From the sequence record NC_049438.1: 64,000 nt of DNA; one strand, 5' to 3'. Origin of the DNA: Acinetobacter phage vB_ApiM_fHyAci03. The translations under genes were made by a program, and so were the position numbers. Below the pieces are notes generated by a model, which worked only from the letters and a program-made list of their open reading frames with translations, was not told where the DNA came from and did no database searches. Of the stretch, positions 51,316 to 60,818 are shown one piece after another (the first letter of the stretch is position 1; each line of letters starts with the position of its first letter).

Positions 51316-52830
51316 ATGAGTGACATCAACGTAATGTTTTACGATTATAGCCACATCAAGATCAGTACCCAGCAGTCGATATTCAGAGAACTAAGAGATT
51401 ACTTCTCATTTTATGTGGATGGATATCAGTTTTCGCCTAAATATGTTTATGGTACTTGGGATGGAAGATTAAAGATGCTTGGAACTGATGGCTTGCTACC
51501 ATTTGGCCTTTTAGGACAAGTAGTAAAATTTGCGCAGAATAATATGCTATCAATTGCTATCCATCCAGATGTTTCAGCTAAAACTGAAATGACACGTGAC
51601 GCCTTCAATGATTGGATTAGTTCTAAGACGTATTATTCTGGCTCAGAAGAAATCTTCCCATATTGGTATCAACTCAATGCAGTATATGAAGCCATTGTTA
51701 ACAAGCGCAGAATTTTGAATTTGCCTACATCAGCCGGTAAATCGTTAATTCAAGCCTTATTGTCAAAATATGTCATAGAAACATCAGATCGTTCAGTTTT
51801 AATTTTAGTGCCAACAACTTCTCTTGTAACTCAGATGAAAGATGATTTTGTTGATTATCGATTGTTTGAAGAAGATGAGATTGCAGAAGTTCGTTCAGGC
51901 AAGCGCCAAAAGCATGAACGAATTGTTATTTCTACATGGCAATCAGCTATCAAAAAGCCAAAGGAATGGTTCAATCAATTCAATATGTTATTGTGTGATG
52001 AAATGCATTTAGCCATTGGCAAATCTATTTCAGAAATCATTAACAAATTAAACTACTGTGAATTCAAAATAGGCTTGTCTGGATCACTACGTGATGGCAA
52101 AGCCAATTTAATGCAGTATATTGGATTGTTTGGTGAAATCTATAGCCCAGTTAGCACAAAGGACTTAATGAATGATGGACAAGTTTCACAACTTCGAATT
52201 AACGCGTTATTCTTGAAATACCCAGAAACAGTTTCAAATGCAATGGCTAAACATGACTATGCAACAGAAGTTAAGTTCATTACAAACTTAGCCAAACGAA
52301 CACAATGGATTTCAAATCTATCATTACGACTTGCAAATAGATCAGAAAATGTTTTTGTCATGTTTAAAAATATTGAGCACGGTAAAGCGATTTATGACAG
52401 CATAAAATCTAGTGGTCATGAACATGTGTATTATGTTTCAGGTGAAGTTAGTTCAGATGAACGAACACATTTGAAGAAAATGGCTGAAGAACACACAGGT
52501 GTAATCATCATTGCTTCATACGGAGTTTTCTCTACAGGTATTTCCGTTAGAAATCTACATCATGTCATTTTAGCTCACGGAGTAAAATCAAAGGTTATAG
52601 TCCTGCAGACAATCGGGCGTGTTTTGCGAAAACATTCTAGCAAAAAGGTTGCACAGATTTGGGATCTAATTGATGATATGTCTATTACTGTCGAACGAGA
52701 CGGAGCAAAACAACGTAAAAATGTTAATTATTTGTTGAAACACGGTATAGACCGTGTTGAACGGTATGCTGCAGAGCAATTTGACTATATTATGAAGGAC
52801 GTTTACTTTTTAGAGAATAACCGCTCATGA
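51316..52830 (+). CDS. uvsW: UvsW RNA-DNA / branch-migration helicase (SF2)
   Basis: 504 aa; Walker A NLPTSAGKS, DEAH-like LCDEMH, motif III-like stretch and QTIGRVLR motif VI; position as in T4. Confidence 0.8.
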   Translation: MSDINVMFYDYSHIKISTQQSIFRELRDYFSFYVDGYQFSPKYVYGTWDGRLKMLGTDGLLPFGLLGQVVKFAQNNMLSIAIHPDVSAKTEMTRDAFNDWISSKTYYSGSEEIFPYWYQLNAVYEAIVNKRRILNLPTSAGKSLIQALLSKYVIETSDRSVLILVPTTSLVTQMKDDFVDYRLFEEDEIAEVRSGKRQKHERIVISTWQSAIKKPKEWFNQFNMLLCDEMHLAIGKSISEIINKLNYCEFKIGLSGSLRDGKANLMQYIGLFGEIYSPVSTKDLMNDGQVSQLRINALFLKYPETVSNAMAKHDYATEVKFITNLAKRTQWISNLSLRLANRSENVFVMFKNIEHGKAIYDSIKSSGHEHVYYVSGEVSSDERTHLKKMAEEHTGVIIIASYGVFSTGISVRNLHHVILAHGVKSKVIVLQTIGRVLRKHSSKKVAQIWDLIDDMSITVERDGAKQRKNVNYLLKHGIDRVERYAAEQFDYIMKDVYFLENNRS

Positions 52831-53621
52831 ATTACAAAAGAATATACGATGAACTTATTAATAATGCGCTAAATCGTGCTAGTGTCAAATCTAAAGCTGC
52901 TCCTGGAGAATTAGAAACGCATCACATCGTGCCTAAATGCATTGGCGGCACTAATGATACTACGAATTTAGTTAATCTTACCACCAGAGAGCATATTATC
53001 GCGCATCTTTTGCTTGCTAAAATTCATGGCGGGAAATTAGTACGAGCCGCCATGGCAATGCATATGGGGCGCCCTTTATATAAATCGTCACGAGGCTTGG
53101 CAGCAATACGAAGTGAGTTTTCAAAACAACGAAAGGAACAAATGAAGGGAAATACATTTGGCTCTTATGTTTGGACACCTGAACGCAAAAATATACACAA
53201 ACAAGCGATGAGCTTGGTAGGGTATACTGATGCTAAACGTAAAGCTCTAGAGAAAGCGTGGGCTAAAAATACCGGGTCCAAGCAAACACCTGAAAGTAAT
53301 TTTAAGCGTTCAAATAGTATGAAATTATTAGGGTTTGTCCCGGTTAAAGCAGGAGACTTTAAGACTTGTTCTAATGCTGGCAAAGCCAATAAAGGTGTCA
53401 AGAAATCATTTAGGTCTGAGTCACATAGTGAAAATTGGAAACGGTCATTTAAACAAAGGTACCCTATTTGGGAGTATGAAGACCAGATACGAGAAATATG
53501 GTACGCCCATGATAAACCTAAAGTAGCAACTTTAAGAAAGATCGCTACGGCTAAAGGCATACCAGAAGGACACCTCGGTAAAATGTGTGCTAACTTTTTT
53601 AAACAAGATGGGACCAAATAG
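52827..53621 (+). CDS. HNH homing endonuclease (free-standing, Mob/I-HmuI-like)
   Basis: ELETHHIVPKCIGGTNDTTNLVNLTTREHIIAH is an HNH motif; 264 aa; ATGA overlap with the uvsW stop. Confidence 0.75.
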   Translation: MNYKRIYDELINNALNRASVKSKAAPGELETHHIVPKCIGGTNDTTNLVNLTTREHIIAHLLLAKIHGGKLVRAAMAMHMGRPLYKSSRGLAAIRSEFSKQRKEQMKGNTFGSYVWTPERKNIHKQAMSLVGYTDAKRKALEKAWAKNTGSKQTPESNFKRSNSMKLLGFVPVKAGDFKTCSNAGKANKGVKKSFRSESHSENWKRSFKQRYPIWEYEDQIREIWYAHDKPKVATLRKIATAKGIPEGHLGKMCANFFKQDGTK

Positions 53622-53632
53622 GTCCCTTTGTG
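53611..53632 (+). other. hairpin gggacc-aaata-ggtccc overlapping the HNH gene stop codon
   Basis: Perfect 6-bp stem; the stop codon tag lies in the loop. Confidence 0.4.
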
Positions 53633-53635
53633 CTA

Positions 53636-53905
53636 TCAATAATTTTCGTCACAGTCTTCACACATTTTGCGATCAGCTATTTCATTGTAGACACGAATTT
53701 CAACTCGTCGCCAATGATCACACTCTTCACAACAAAACACACGAGTTTCTAAGTTGTCAATAAAGATGACTGAATGCTTTAGATTCGGATCTAAATTCAT
53801 TTCGATCAAATTTTTCTCTAGCGCATTACCCCAAGTTTCTTCTAAACCGTCTAGGCGTTCTGCTAGCCCATCCATTTGGATATCGTCTGGTTGCTCAAAT
53901 TTCAT
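53636..53905 (-). CDS. small zinc-ribbon protein (89 aa)
   Basis: CCEECDHW...CEDCDENY, two CxxC pairs. Confidence 0.4.
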   Translation of the reverse strand: MKFEQPDDIQMDGLAERLDGLEETWGNALEKNLIEMNLDPNLKHSVIFIDNLETRVFCCEECDHWRRVEIRVYNEIADRKMCEDCDENY

Positions 53906-54167
53906 AAGGCTTACTCCAAAATGTTAAAAATCTATTGCGCATTTCATCATCGCATAAGTTGAAAATAATCAAACAAATCGAATCATGGTCTTCTTCATCA
54001 AAAAACTTGACTAGGCCTGTCATAGATTTTTTAGATCCATCAGAAAATGCTAAACATTTTCCATCTTTATTGCGCAGTATTATTTCTTGGCACCAGTTAT
54101 GCACCTCAAGTTTAAATATTTTGCCATTAGCGTTTATTGTTACAATAGATGTAGGTAAAGTAACCAT
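53895..54167 (-). CDS. hypothetical protein (90 aa)
   Basis: ORF track; translational coupling. Confidence 0.35.
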   Translation of the reverse strand: MVTLPTSIVTINANGKIFKLEVHNWCQEIILRNKDGKCLAFSDGSKKSMTGLVKFFDEEDHDSICLIIFNLCDDEMRNRFLTFWSKPYEI

Positions 54168-54484
54168 TATTTGTACTCCTTTTCATCTACATAAAATTCG
54201 ATGAATTTGTCGACATCCTTGGATGTTGCGTATGCTGTTACAACCCCACGTTCAAAGTCAAAACTTTTAACTAATAAACGTTCATGCCATGGATCAACTG
54301 CCCAACCAAATGGATATTTACGATACGGACAAACATAATGGACATTACATTCTTCAACGCCATTGAACATTAAACCAGGAGATCCAACAAATTGAACTAC
54401 CCATCGTTCAGATGTGTTACGTACAGTAGGCGTATCGCATGTTAATTTAGTAGTTTCAGCGCGAAATGAATTAACTTTGCCCAT
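54167..54484 (-). CDS. hypothetical protein (105 aa)
   Basis: ORF track. Confidence 0.4.
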   Translation of the reverse strand: MGKVNSFRAETTKLTCDTPTVRNTSERWVVQFVGSPGLMFNGVEECNVHYVCPYRKYPFGWAVDPWHERLLVKSFDFERGVVTAYATSKDVDKFIEFYVDEKEYK

Positions 54485-54559
54485 GATATTTTACTCATAT
54501 CGTTTAATATGTATGCATTATATACCACAAAAGGACCATAGTAAATAGTCCTTTGTAGA

Positions 54560-54727
54560 TTATTTTAGCTTTTTATCAGTGTACTTGCAACAAGGTACAA
54601 AATGAGAAATATAAACTCCTTGTTCATGACATGGACATCCACATTTTTTAATAATCTCATTCTGCTGTGCTGTTAGCACAGGTTTCCCAATTTTAAGAAT
54701 TTTGTTTAGTACTTTTACTAATTTCAT
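54560..54727 (-). CDS. small Cys-rich protein (55 aa; below the track cutoff)
   Basis: Manual translation MKLVKVLNKILKIGKPVLTAQQNEIIKKCGCPCHEQGVYISHFVPCCKYTDKKLK; ATGA overlap with the upstream ORF. Confidence 0.3.
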   Translation of the reverse strand: MKLVKVLNKILKIGKPVLTAQQNEIIKKCGCPCHEQGVYISHFVPCCKYTDKKLK

Positions 54728-54891
54728 AACAATAACTCTGTTTCTAATAGCATGTCACCATTAGATTCTAGAACTGGCAAATCTTGAATGTGCTGCAAGC
54801 AGTGTCCAGGATGGACAGGTCCTTGATCAGTCTCAACTACCAATGCTTCATCAATCGGCATCTTACATACCGAACATATACGTGTTTCCAT
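54724..54891 (-). CDS. small zinc-ribbon-like protein (55 aa; below the track cutoff) under a late promoter
   Basis: Manual translation METRICSVCKMPIDEALVVETDQGPVHPGHCLQHIQDLPVLESNGDMLLETELLL; RBS GGAG and late promoter upstream. Confidence 0.35.
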   Translation of the reverse strand: METRICSVCKMPIDEALVVETDQGPVHPGHCLQHIQDLPVLESNGDMLLETELLL

Positions 54892-54917
54892 TATTATTCT
54901 CCAAATGTGTATAGATG

Positions 54918-54925
54918 TATTTATA
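54918..54925 (-). promoter_or_regulatory. late promoter TATAAATA (minus strand) driving the small-ORF operon 54891 down to 53636
   Basis: Plus strand tatttata; 27 nt upstream of the ATG at 54891. Confidence 0.5.
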
Positions 54926-54940
54926 GATCTTTGAACAGCT

Positions 54941-55050
54941 GATATATCAGATACATCTAAACCATCAGTCCCCTATCTTCTCCGACCGAATAGATATAAT
55001 TAGAGCGGTGAACCGGTAGAACCATTATACCATCAAAATTTTATAAAGCA
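54941..55050 (+). repeat. copy 2 of the ~110-bp repeat (inverted relative to copy 1 at 15921..16034)
   Basis: See copy 1; the core atcttctccgaccgaatagatataattagagcggtgaaccggtagaaccattata is identical. Confidence 0.65.
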
Positions 55051-55096
55051 AATGTGTGCTTATACATAAGGCGTTCAACAGATCAAATTTTGATCA

Positions 55097-55495
55097 TCAC
55101 TGATGTCTAGCGCCACTAAGTTGTAGCTTTAGTTGTTCAAGTGTATCCGGGTTATCTAAGATGCTAAACATAACAGTTACAATAATAGCATTATTATCAT
55201 ATTGTGCTTGCACTGTCACGCCTAGCCTAACAATTCTTGGCTCATATGCACGAATAGCTGATGTTATGCTTTTTTCTACTGTACTAACTGTAAGTGGAGA
55301 CATGTTTTCAAATAAAGCATCGCCAATTTCACAGCCGAATTCTGGGTCAAATGGACGAGAGCCTTTAGGTGTTGTAATAATTCCTAAAAGAGAATTTTTA
55401 ACTGCACGTGCGCCAACAGATGCAGCTACATCCTTATTCCATGCACGTGCCATTTCAGGTGATATGTCTGTATACATATCATTAATATTTTGCAT
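55097..55495 (-). CDS. 25: baseplate wedge protein gp25 (lysozyme-like fold)
   Basis: 132 aa, aligns to T4 gp25 (KNSLLGIITTxKGSRPFDPEFGC, LFENM, YEPRI, DNPD). Confidence 0.8.
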   Translation of the reverse strand: MQNINDMYTDISPEMARAWNKDVAASVGARAVKNSLLGIITTPKGSRPFDPEFGCEIGDALFENMSPLTVSTVEKSITSAIRAYEPRIVRLGVTVQAQYDNNAIIVTVMFSILDNPDTLEQLKLQLSGARHQ

Positions 55496-56139
55496 TATAG
55501 CACCTCAACAAATTCTTTAAAGCCTTTTATAATATGTACATGAGACTTGCCACACTTAGGACATTTGATTGGCACAACCAGCACAGGTTGTGGAGCTAAT
55601 AAAAATGATTTGATATAATTAATATCATCTTCAGTTATTGCATTGTATAGATCTTCTAATTCAAGCTCATTTAAATCTTCTACATAAATTCGTTCATCAC
55701 CTACATAAATCGATTCTATAGATTTTGCAATCATTAATGGCACATTGTCGTCATCCCAGAGTTCAGGCCATCTAAATGCCACTTTAAACTTTTTGAATGG
55801 ATACAATGTCTCGAGATTACTATTGCCGTAATCTATCTGTGCTTTAGAGACATCTAACTCTACATCATGTACATGCCCGCATTCACATGTATATTCTTGT
55901 GTGACCTTTCCAAAATGTTCGCTATTTGCGATTAAATTGATTAGAACTAATTCGGCATCATGTTTCGGTAAATTCATGAGCCCGGTACACTTCTCAATGA
56001 TTGACGAGTATACCTTCTTCATATTATCGGAGATTGTCGAATCTTTAGAAATTATAAGGCTTGTATAATCTCTCAATGAATATGATTTACATTCTACAAC
56101 GCTAGAGCCTAACTTAACATTGAATTTCTTTTCAAACAT
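55495..56139 (-). CDS. 26: baseplate hub subunit gp26
   Basis: 214 aa (T4 208), contains CPKCGKSH zinc motif; position upstream of 25. Confidence 0.6.
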   Translation of the reverse strand: MFEKKFNVKLGSSVVECKSYSLRDYTSLIISKDSTISDNMKKVYSSIIEKCTGLMNLPKHDAELVLINLIANSEHFGKVTQEYTCECGHVHDVELDVSKAQIDYGNSNLETLYPFKKFKVAFRWPELWDDDNVPLMIAKSIESIYVGDERIYVEDLNELELEDLYNAITEDDINYIKSFLLAPQPVLVVPIKCPKCGKSHVHIIKGFKEFVEVL

Positions 56140-56172
56140 AATTTAGTAGCCTACTAAAAGTTTTATTAAGAG

Positions 56173-56184
56173 TATTTATAAATA
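56173..56184. promoter_or_regulatory. palindromic divergent late promoter TATTTATAAATA serving gene 26 (minus) and gene 51 (plus)
   Basis: Contains TATAAATA on both strands; 23 nt from the gene 51 ATG and about 35 nt from the gene 26 ATG. Confidence 0.6.
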
Positions 56185-56206
56185 TTTTTAATAAAAGGAG
56201 GCTTAT

Positions 56207-56962
56207 ATGGCTAATATTATAAGATGTAGACTTCCTGACGGTATTCATCGGTTTAAGCCCTTTACAGTAGCTGACTATAGAGATTTCTTACTTATCAGAA
56301 ATGATATGATTTCTAAAACTGATTCAGAGCAAGAAGAACTTGTTAGCGAATTGGCAGCAGATTATTTTAATGAATACCCTAAGACATGGCAACAATATTT
56401 GTTCTTAAACGTTTTCACTGGATCTGTAGGTAAAACAAAGGTGCCAATTGTGTTTCAATGTCCTACTTGTGGCAAATCTCAAAAGCGTTTGTTTAATATT
56501 GCTCAGGATGATTTAGTTGCTCCAAAAATACAACTAAATGATGAAACAGAACTGTCATTCAAATTTCCTGATGAGATTTACACTGATTCTGCACTATTGG
56601 CCCTAGACAACATTGAAAGTGTATCACACAAAGGGGCTGAATACCTTTGGCAAGATTTAGATAAAGAAACACAAGACAATATAATCGAGATGCTGGACTT
56701 TGAGAAGTTTGAGATGCTTGTTAAAAAATTAAAGCCTATTCATTTTGAAATGAATATAAGCTGCTGTGAAAAGCATACAATTGTATTTGAAGACTTAGCA
56801 TCTATTTTCAAATTGTTAATTAATCCAGACGAAGTATTTCCATTTTATGAAATTAACAACATTCTGATTAAAAATAACTATGATTGGAATTCTATCATGG
56901 CGATGCTTCCAGCTGAACGCAGTATAGCACTGTCAATGATAGAAAGGGATAGCAAAAGATGA
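56207..56962 (+). CDS. 51: baseplate hub assembly catalyst gp51
   Basis: 251 aa (T4 249), synteny. Confidence 0.6.
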   Translation: MANIIRCRLPDGIHRFKPFTVADYRDFLLIRNDMISKTDSEQEELVSELAADYFNEYPKTWQQYLFLNVFTGSVGKTKVPIVFQCPTCGKSQKRLFNIAQDDLVAPKIQLNDETELSFKFPDEIYTDSALLALDNIESVSHKGAEYLWQDLDKETQDNIIEMLDFEKFEMLVKKLKPIHFEMNISCCEKHTIVFEDLASIFKLLINPDEVFPFYEINNILIKNNYDWNSIMAMLPAERSIALSMIERDSKR

Positions 56963-58542
56963 CACAACAAAGACCAGGGTATCCTAACGTCAGTATCAAG
57001 CTATATGAAGATTATGACGCATGGAAAGAAAATAGATTTATTGAACTTGCAGCAACATTTACTACACTTACTCTTCGTGATAGCTTGTATGGCACAAATG
57101 AAGGCATTCTTCAATTTTATGATTCAAAAAATTTACACGCCAAATTAAATGGCGAACAAATAATTCAAATATCACTTTCGAATGCAAACTCCAAGGATGT
57201 AATTACACGCATCTATGGATGTAATGACACATCAGTTTCAGTTGATGAAAAGGGCGATAATATTCTTGCATTCAACCTCCGTCCTTTACACACGGTAGAA
57301 AATGTTAAATTCAGCCGTGCATTCTTTGCTAATGCAACAGAATCTATTGAAACTATGATAAAGTCAATCTACAACAATAAAGCACAGCTTGCGCCTAAAG
57401 TTAAAGGATTGAATGTTTATGTTCCTCGTGTAGCATGGGTAAACACAATTGAAGATTATTTTGAATATGTTAGAGAAGTTGGCTTATCTGTTGAATCAGA
57501 AACACATGCATTCGTTTGGGAAGATTTTACCGGCATCAATATTTCGGATTACAAATTCATGATTGATCAGAAACCAAGAGTAATGGTAGTTGGTGATCCC
57601 GCACAAATTGGATCATATATCTCCAATATGAAAGAGCAATTGGCATATGACTTTACTTGGCTCGCTAAAACAAATCGAAATGTACGAAACCCATTAGAGA
57701 ATGTGACAGTGTATAGCCATTCATTCAACGACAAAGAAATTCAAAGAATTTCAATAGGCGAAGGCACTAACTCTGTTGTCGTATCTAGATCTGGCGGCTA
57801 TTCTGAAATGACATATCGCAATGGATACGAAGAAGCATTTAGATTGCTTACTATGGCTCAATATGATGGTTATGCCACATGTAAAGTTATTGGTGACTTT
57901 ACGCTGACACCATTGCAGAAAGTGATTTTCGGTGACAAAAAGGGACAATTCAAAACTGAATTTTATATTGATGAAGTAATTCATGTCATCACAAACAATT
58001 CATCTGAAACTCATTTATACTTGTTCACAAATGGTAAAGATCTTGTGCCAGTAAACATCGAAAAAATTAAAAATGAGATTGAGACCATTACACCACCATC
58101 AGATACAGTTCAACCTGAAGCATCAGCCGACAGGAAAGGTGCACAATGGGATCTTGATAAGTTATCAGAAGTAGTTTTGAAGAATGCACAAGGAAGAAAA
58201 TCTACGGGTGAATGTGCATTGTATGTTCGTAAAGCGTTACAAGCAGCGCAATTACAAAGTTTCTTCGCTGGTGGACTGGGTAATGCAAATGAAATGCCAT
58301 CACGTCTAACACAGATGGGATGGATCGCAGTAGGCCAAAACGTTAAAAATGTCAAGAAAGGCGACATTGCAGTGTTCCAACGAACTAATACACGCCTTGG
58401 ACAGAAATATGGTCATATTTGTATTTTTACCGGATCACAGTGGGTATCAGACTTTATCCAATCTAGTGTACAACCTAACAGAAATGATAATTTAACCTAT
58501 ACAGTATATAGAGCCCGTTATGGGTATAGTGCAGGAGCATAA
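56959..58542 (+). CDS. 27: baseplate hub protein gp27 fused to a C-terminal CHAP/NlpC-P60-like cysteine peptidase domain
   Basis: 527 aa against 391 in T4; the extra ~135 aa contain GECALYVRKAL (Cys) and, about 60 aa on, GDIAVF...YGHICIFTG (His) in the CHAP order. Confidence 0.7.
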   Translation: MTQQRPGYPNVSIKLYEDYDAWKENRFIELAATFTTLTLRDSLYGTNEGILQFYDSKNLHAKLNGEQIIQISLSNANSKDVITRIYGCNDTSVSVDEKGDNILAFNLRPLHTVENVKFSRAFFANATESIETMIKSIYNNKAQLAPKVKGLNVYVPRVAWVNTIEDYFEYVREVGLSVESETHAFVWEDFTGINISDYKFMIDQKPRVMVVGDPAQIGSYISNMKEQLAYDFTWLAKTNRNVRNPLENVTVYSHSFNDKEIQRISIGEGTNSVVVSRSGGYSEMTYRNGYEEAFRLLTMAQYDGYATCKVIGDFTLTPLQKVIFGDKKGQFKTEFYIDEVIHVITNNSSETHLYLFTNGKDLVPVNIEKIKNEIETITPPSDTVQPEASADRKGAQWDLDKLSEVVLKNAQGRKSTGECALYVRKALQAAQLQSFFAGGLGNANEMPSRLTQMGWIAVGQNVKNVKKGDIAVFQRTNTRLGQKYGHICIFTGSQWVSDFIQSSVQPNRNDNLTYTVYRARYGYSAGA

Positions 58543-59092
58543 AATGGGAAATGTAAAATTAGAATTAGAGCCAAAGTCTAAAGTGATTGAAGTTAATGGC
58601 AAAACTATCAAAGTCCCAAAACTTGGACTTAAACATAGACTATTGATGAAAGAAGGTATTAGCCATGAAGATGCAATGAAGGTGCTCCTAAACTATATTC
58701 AACCTAATTTATCATTAGCTGAAAGAGATTTATTGACACTTCACTTATTAGAATATAATGGTAGAATTCGTTCGCAAGTTAAAGCTGGTGAATTCTTGTA
58801 TGACATAAACAACGCATACATATGTCAACAATTAAAATTTAATTATGAAGATTATGAATTTAAATTCAGATCTCCGACAATGGAACTTATGAAAGGCCCA
58901 TTAGACATTCTTTTGAAAGAGTGTTGTGTAAGTGTCAAGAAATCAGGTGAAAAAATTCCTGTACCGGATTTCATGGATATGCCAGCATTTGTCTACAGAT
59001 GGGCAGATATGATAACAAATACTGTTGCCATTGATGGTCCATTTGGGCAAATCAGAGGCTTGTATAAAGTAGTGGAGTTATTCAGTGAATAA
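58520..59092 (+). CDS. 28: baseplate distal hub protein gp28
   Basis: 190 aa (T4 177), synteny. Confidence 0.6.
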   Translation: MGIVQEHKMGNVKLELEPKSKVIEVNGKTIKVPKLGLKHRLLMKEGISHEDAMKVLLNYIQPNLSLAERDLLTLHLLEYNGRIRSQVKAGEFLYDINNAYICQQLKFNYEDYEFKFRSPTMELMKGPLDILLKECCVSVKKSGEKIPVPDFMDMPAFVYRWADMITNTVAIDGPFGQIRGLYKVVELFSE

Positions 59093-60809
59093 TACATTTT
59101 CATCATCTAAACCTGCATCTGAGCAAACTACACTTAGACGCCCTCCAAAGCCAATAGCCGAAGAAGCTCCAGCAAATGATGAAGTTTTTGATGCAGGCCC
59201 AGAAGGAGCAAAAGAAGAAACATTAAGTAGTATCGATACTAATACGCAGGAACAAGTTGGCATACAACGACAACAACTTGGCGCAGCCAATCTTTCGCTA
59301 GGCATACAAGACCTTCAAAATCAAAAGCTAGAAGAAATATCTGCTTCTACATCTGAGATCTCGTCTAAGCTTAGTGCGCTAAGCGATAAACTAAAGCAAA
59401 AGTATGAAGCCGCTGCACCAGTAAGTGAAGCACCTATTCAAAATGCCGATTCAACATCAGAGATTCTTGCCAATAAACTTAATGCTAAAGATTCTTCTGC
59501 GCAGGCGCCTGAGCCGGTAAAAATAGTTCCCGATGAGAAGAAACCATCTGAAGATTTATTATCTAAACCTTCAGAGGTTAAAGGTGCGCCAGACAATACA
59601 GCATCAATGATAGTTGGTGCTGTAAAGGGAGTCCAAGGTGCTATAACTGCTGGATTCAAAAGGACCACTAGCATCGCAGATAAAATTTCTGGGATGTTGC
59701 TAAAGTATACAGTTACCCAAGCTGTTCAAGCAGCTAAACTCGCATTAGCCGTATTTGCTATTATTTTTGCAATTGACATGTTGAAAATTGCATGGCAGGT
59801 TTGGGGTGACAAAATCATGGCAAAGTTTGAAGAATGGAGCCAAACGTTCGGAAAATGGTGGGACAATTTTAAACAATGGTCATCATATTTCTCTGACATG
59901 AAAAATTCATTCGAAGGCATGAAAGGCGACTTAATGGGCATCCGAAATGCATGGGAATCTGGTGATTGGCCGGCACTTGCATCTGCAATAGGAACTGCAT
60001 TTATAGATGGCATCAAAACACTTAGTGGTATGTTAGATCGTGTAATTACAAAACTTGTTGCTACGCTATTAGACAAATTAGGCTTTAGTAAAGCAGCCAA
60101 GGCAATAGAAGCTGAAGGTCTTCAAAACTATCAAAACATGACTAACAATAGATTGTCCCCAGAAAATCAAAGGAAACTTGCAGAAGAGCAAATTAGGCGT
60201 GAAGAGAAAGATGGGCTTACTCCTACTCAACGAGGCAAAACATCATTCTTACCGGATTCATGGCGTAAGAATCTTGGCTTAATTTCTGCCGATGAATATA
60301 ACCAAATCCAAGCAGAGAAAAAGGACCAAAACGCAAGAAGAGGCTTAAGTCACGAAGATAATGTTAAAGCAGTAGCTGCTACAAATGAAGCACGCGAAGC
60401 TATAGCTCGCTTCAAAAATATTGCGGATAATGTTAATCCTAATAACCCTGCACAAGTCGCAGAAGCAGATAAATACAAAAAGGAAGCACAACAATACATC
60501 AATAGTCCTGGCCTGGCATTGGTTCCAACAGTAAAAGCTGAATTACAGAATCAATTAGATAGCTATAAGCCTAAGAACAATGTAAAGGCATCTGTTCAGC
60601 CGGACAAGTCAACACCATCTAAAGATACACAATTAGTGCAAAATATTAAAGTTGCAGAAGCAAATAAAGTTTCTAGATCTGCTGCACAAGCTTCAACAAC
60701 TGCAAATATTAATACTAATATTGTTAAAACTAATAAGAGTTATAACGTGCAAAGTCCTATAACTGGAACTCGTGCGCCAGGTGTATTTAAGGCTACTTCA
60801 GTTAATTAA
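59085..60809 (+). CDS. 29: baseplate hub / tail length determinator gp29
   Basis: 574 aa (T4 590), synteny. Confidence 0.65.
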   Translation: MNNTFSSSKPASEQTTLRRPPKPIAEEAPANDEVFDAGPEGAKEETLSSIDTNTQEQVGIQRQQLGAANLSLGIQDLQNQKLEEISASTSEISSKLSALSDKLKQKYEAAAPVSEAPIQNADSTSEILANKLNAKDSSAQAPEPVKIVPDEKKPSEDLLSKPSEVKGAPDNTASMIVGAVKGVQGAITAGFKRTTSIADKISGMLLKYTVTQAVQAAKLALAVFAIIFAIDMLKIAWQVWGDKIMAKFEEWSQTFGKWWDNFKQWSSYFSDMKNSFEGMKGDLMGIRNAWESGDWPALASAIGTAFIDGIKTLSGMLDRVITKLVATLLDKLGFSKAAKAIEAEGLQNYQNMTNNRLSPENQRKLAEEQIRREEKDGLTPTQRGKTSFLPDSWRKNLGLISADEYNQIQAEKKDQNARRGLSHEDNVKAVAATNEAREAIARFKNIADNVNPNNPAQVAEADKYKKEAQQYINSPGLALVPTVKAELQNQLDSYKPKNNVKASVQPDKSTPSKDTQLVQNIKVAEANKVSRSAAQASTTANINTNIVKTNKSYNVQSPITGTRAPGVFKATSVN

Positions 60810-60818
60810 GGAATTAAA

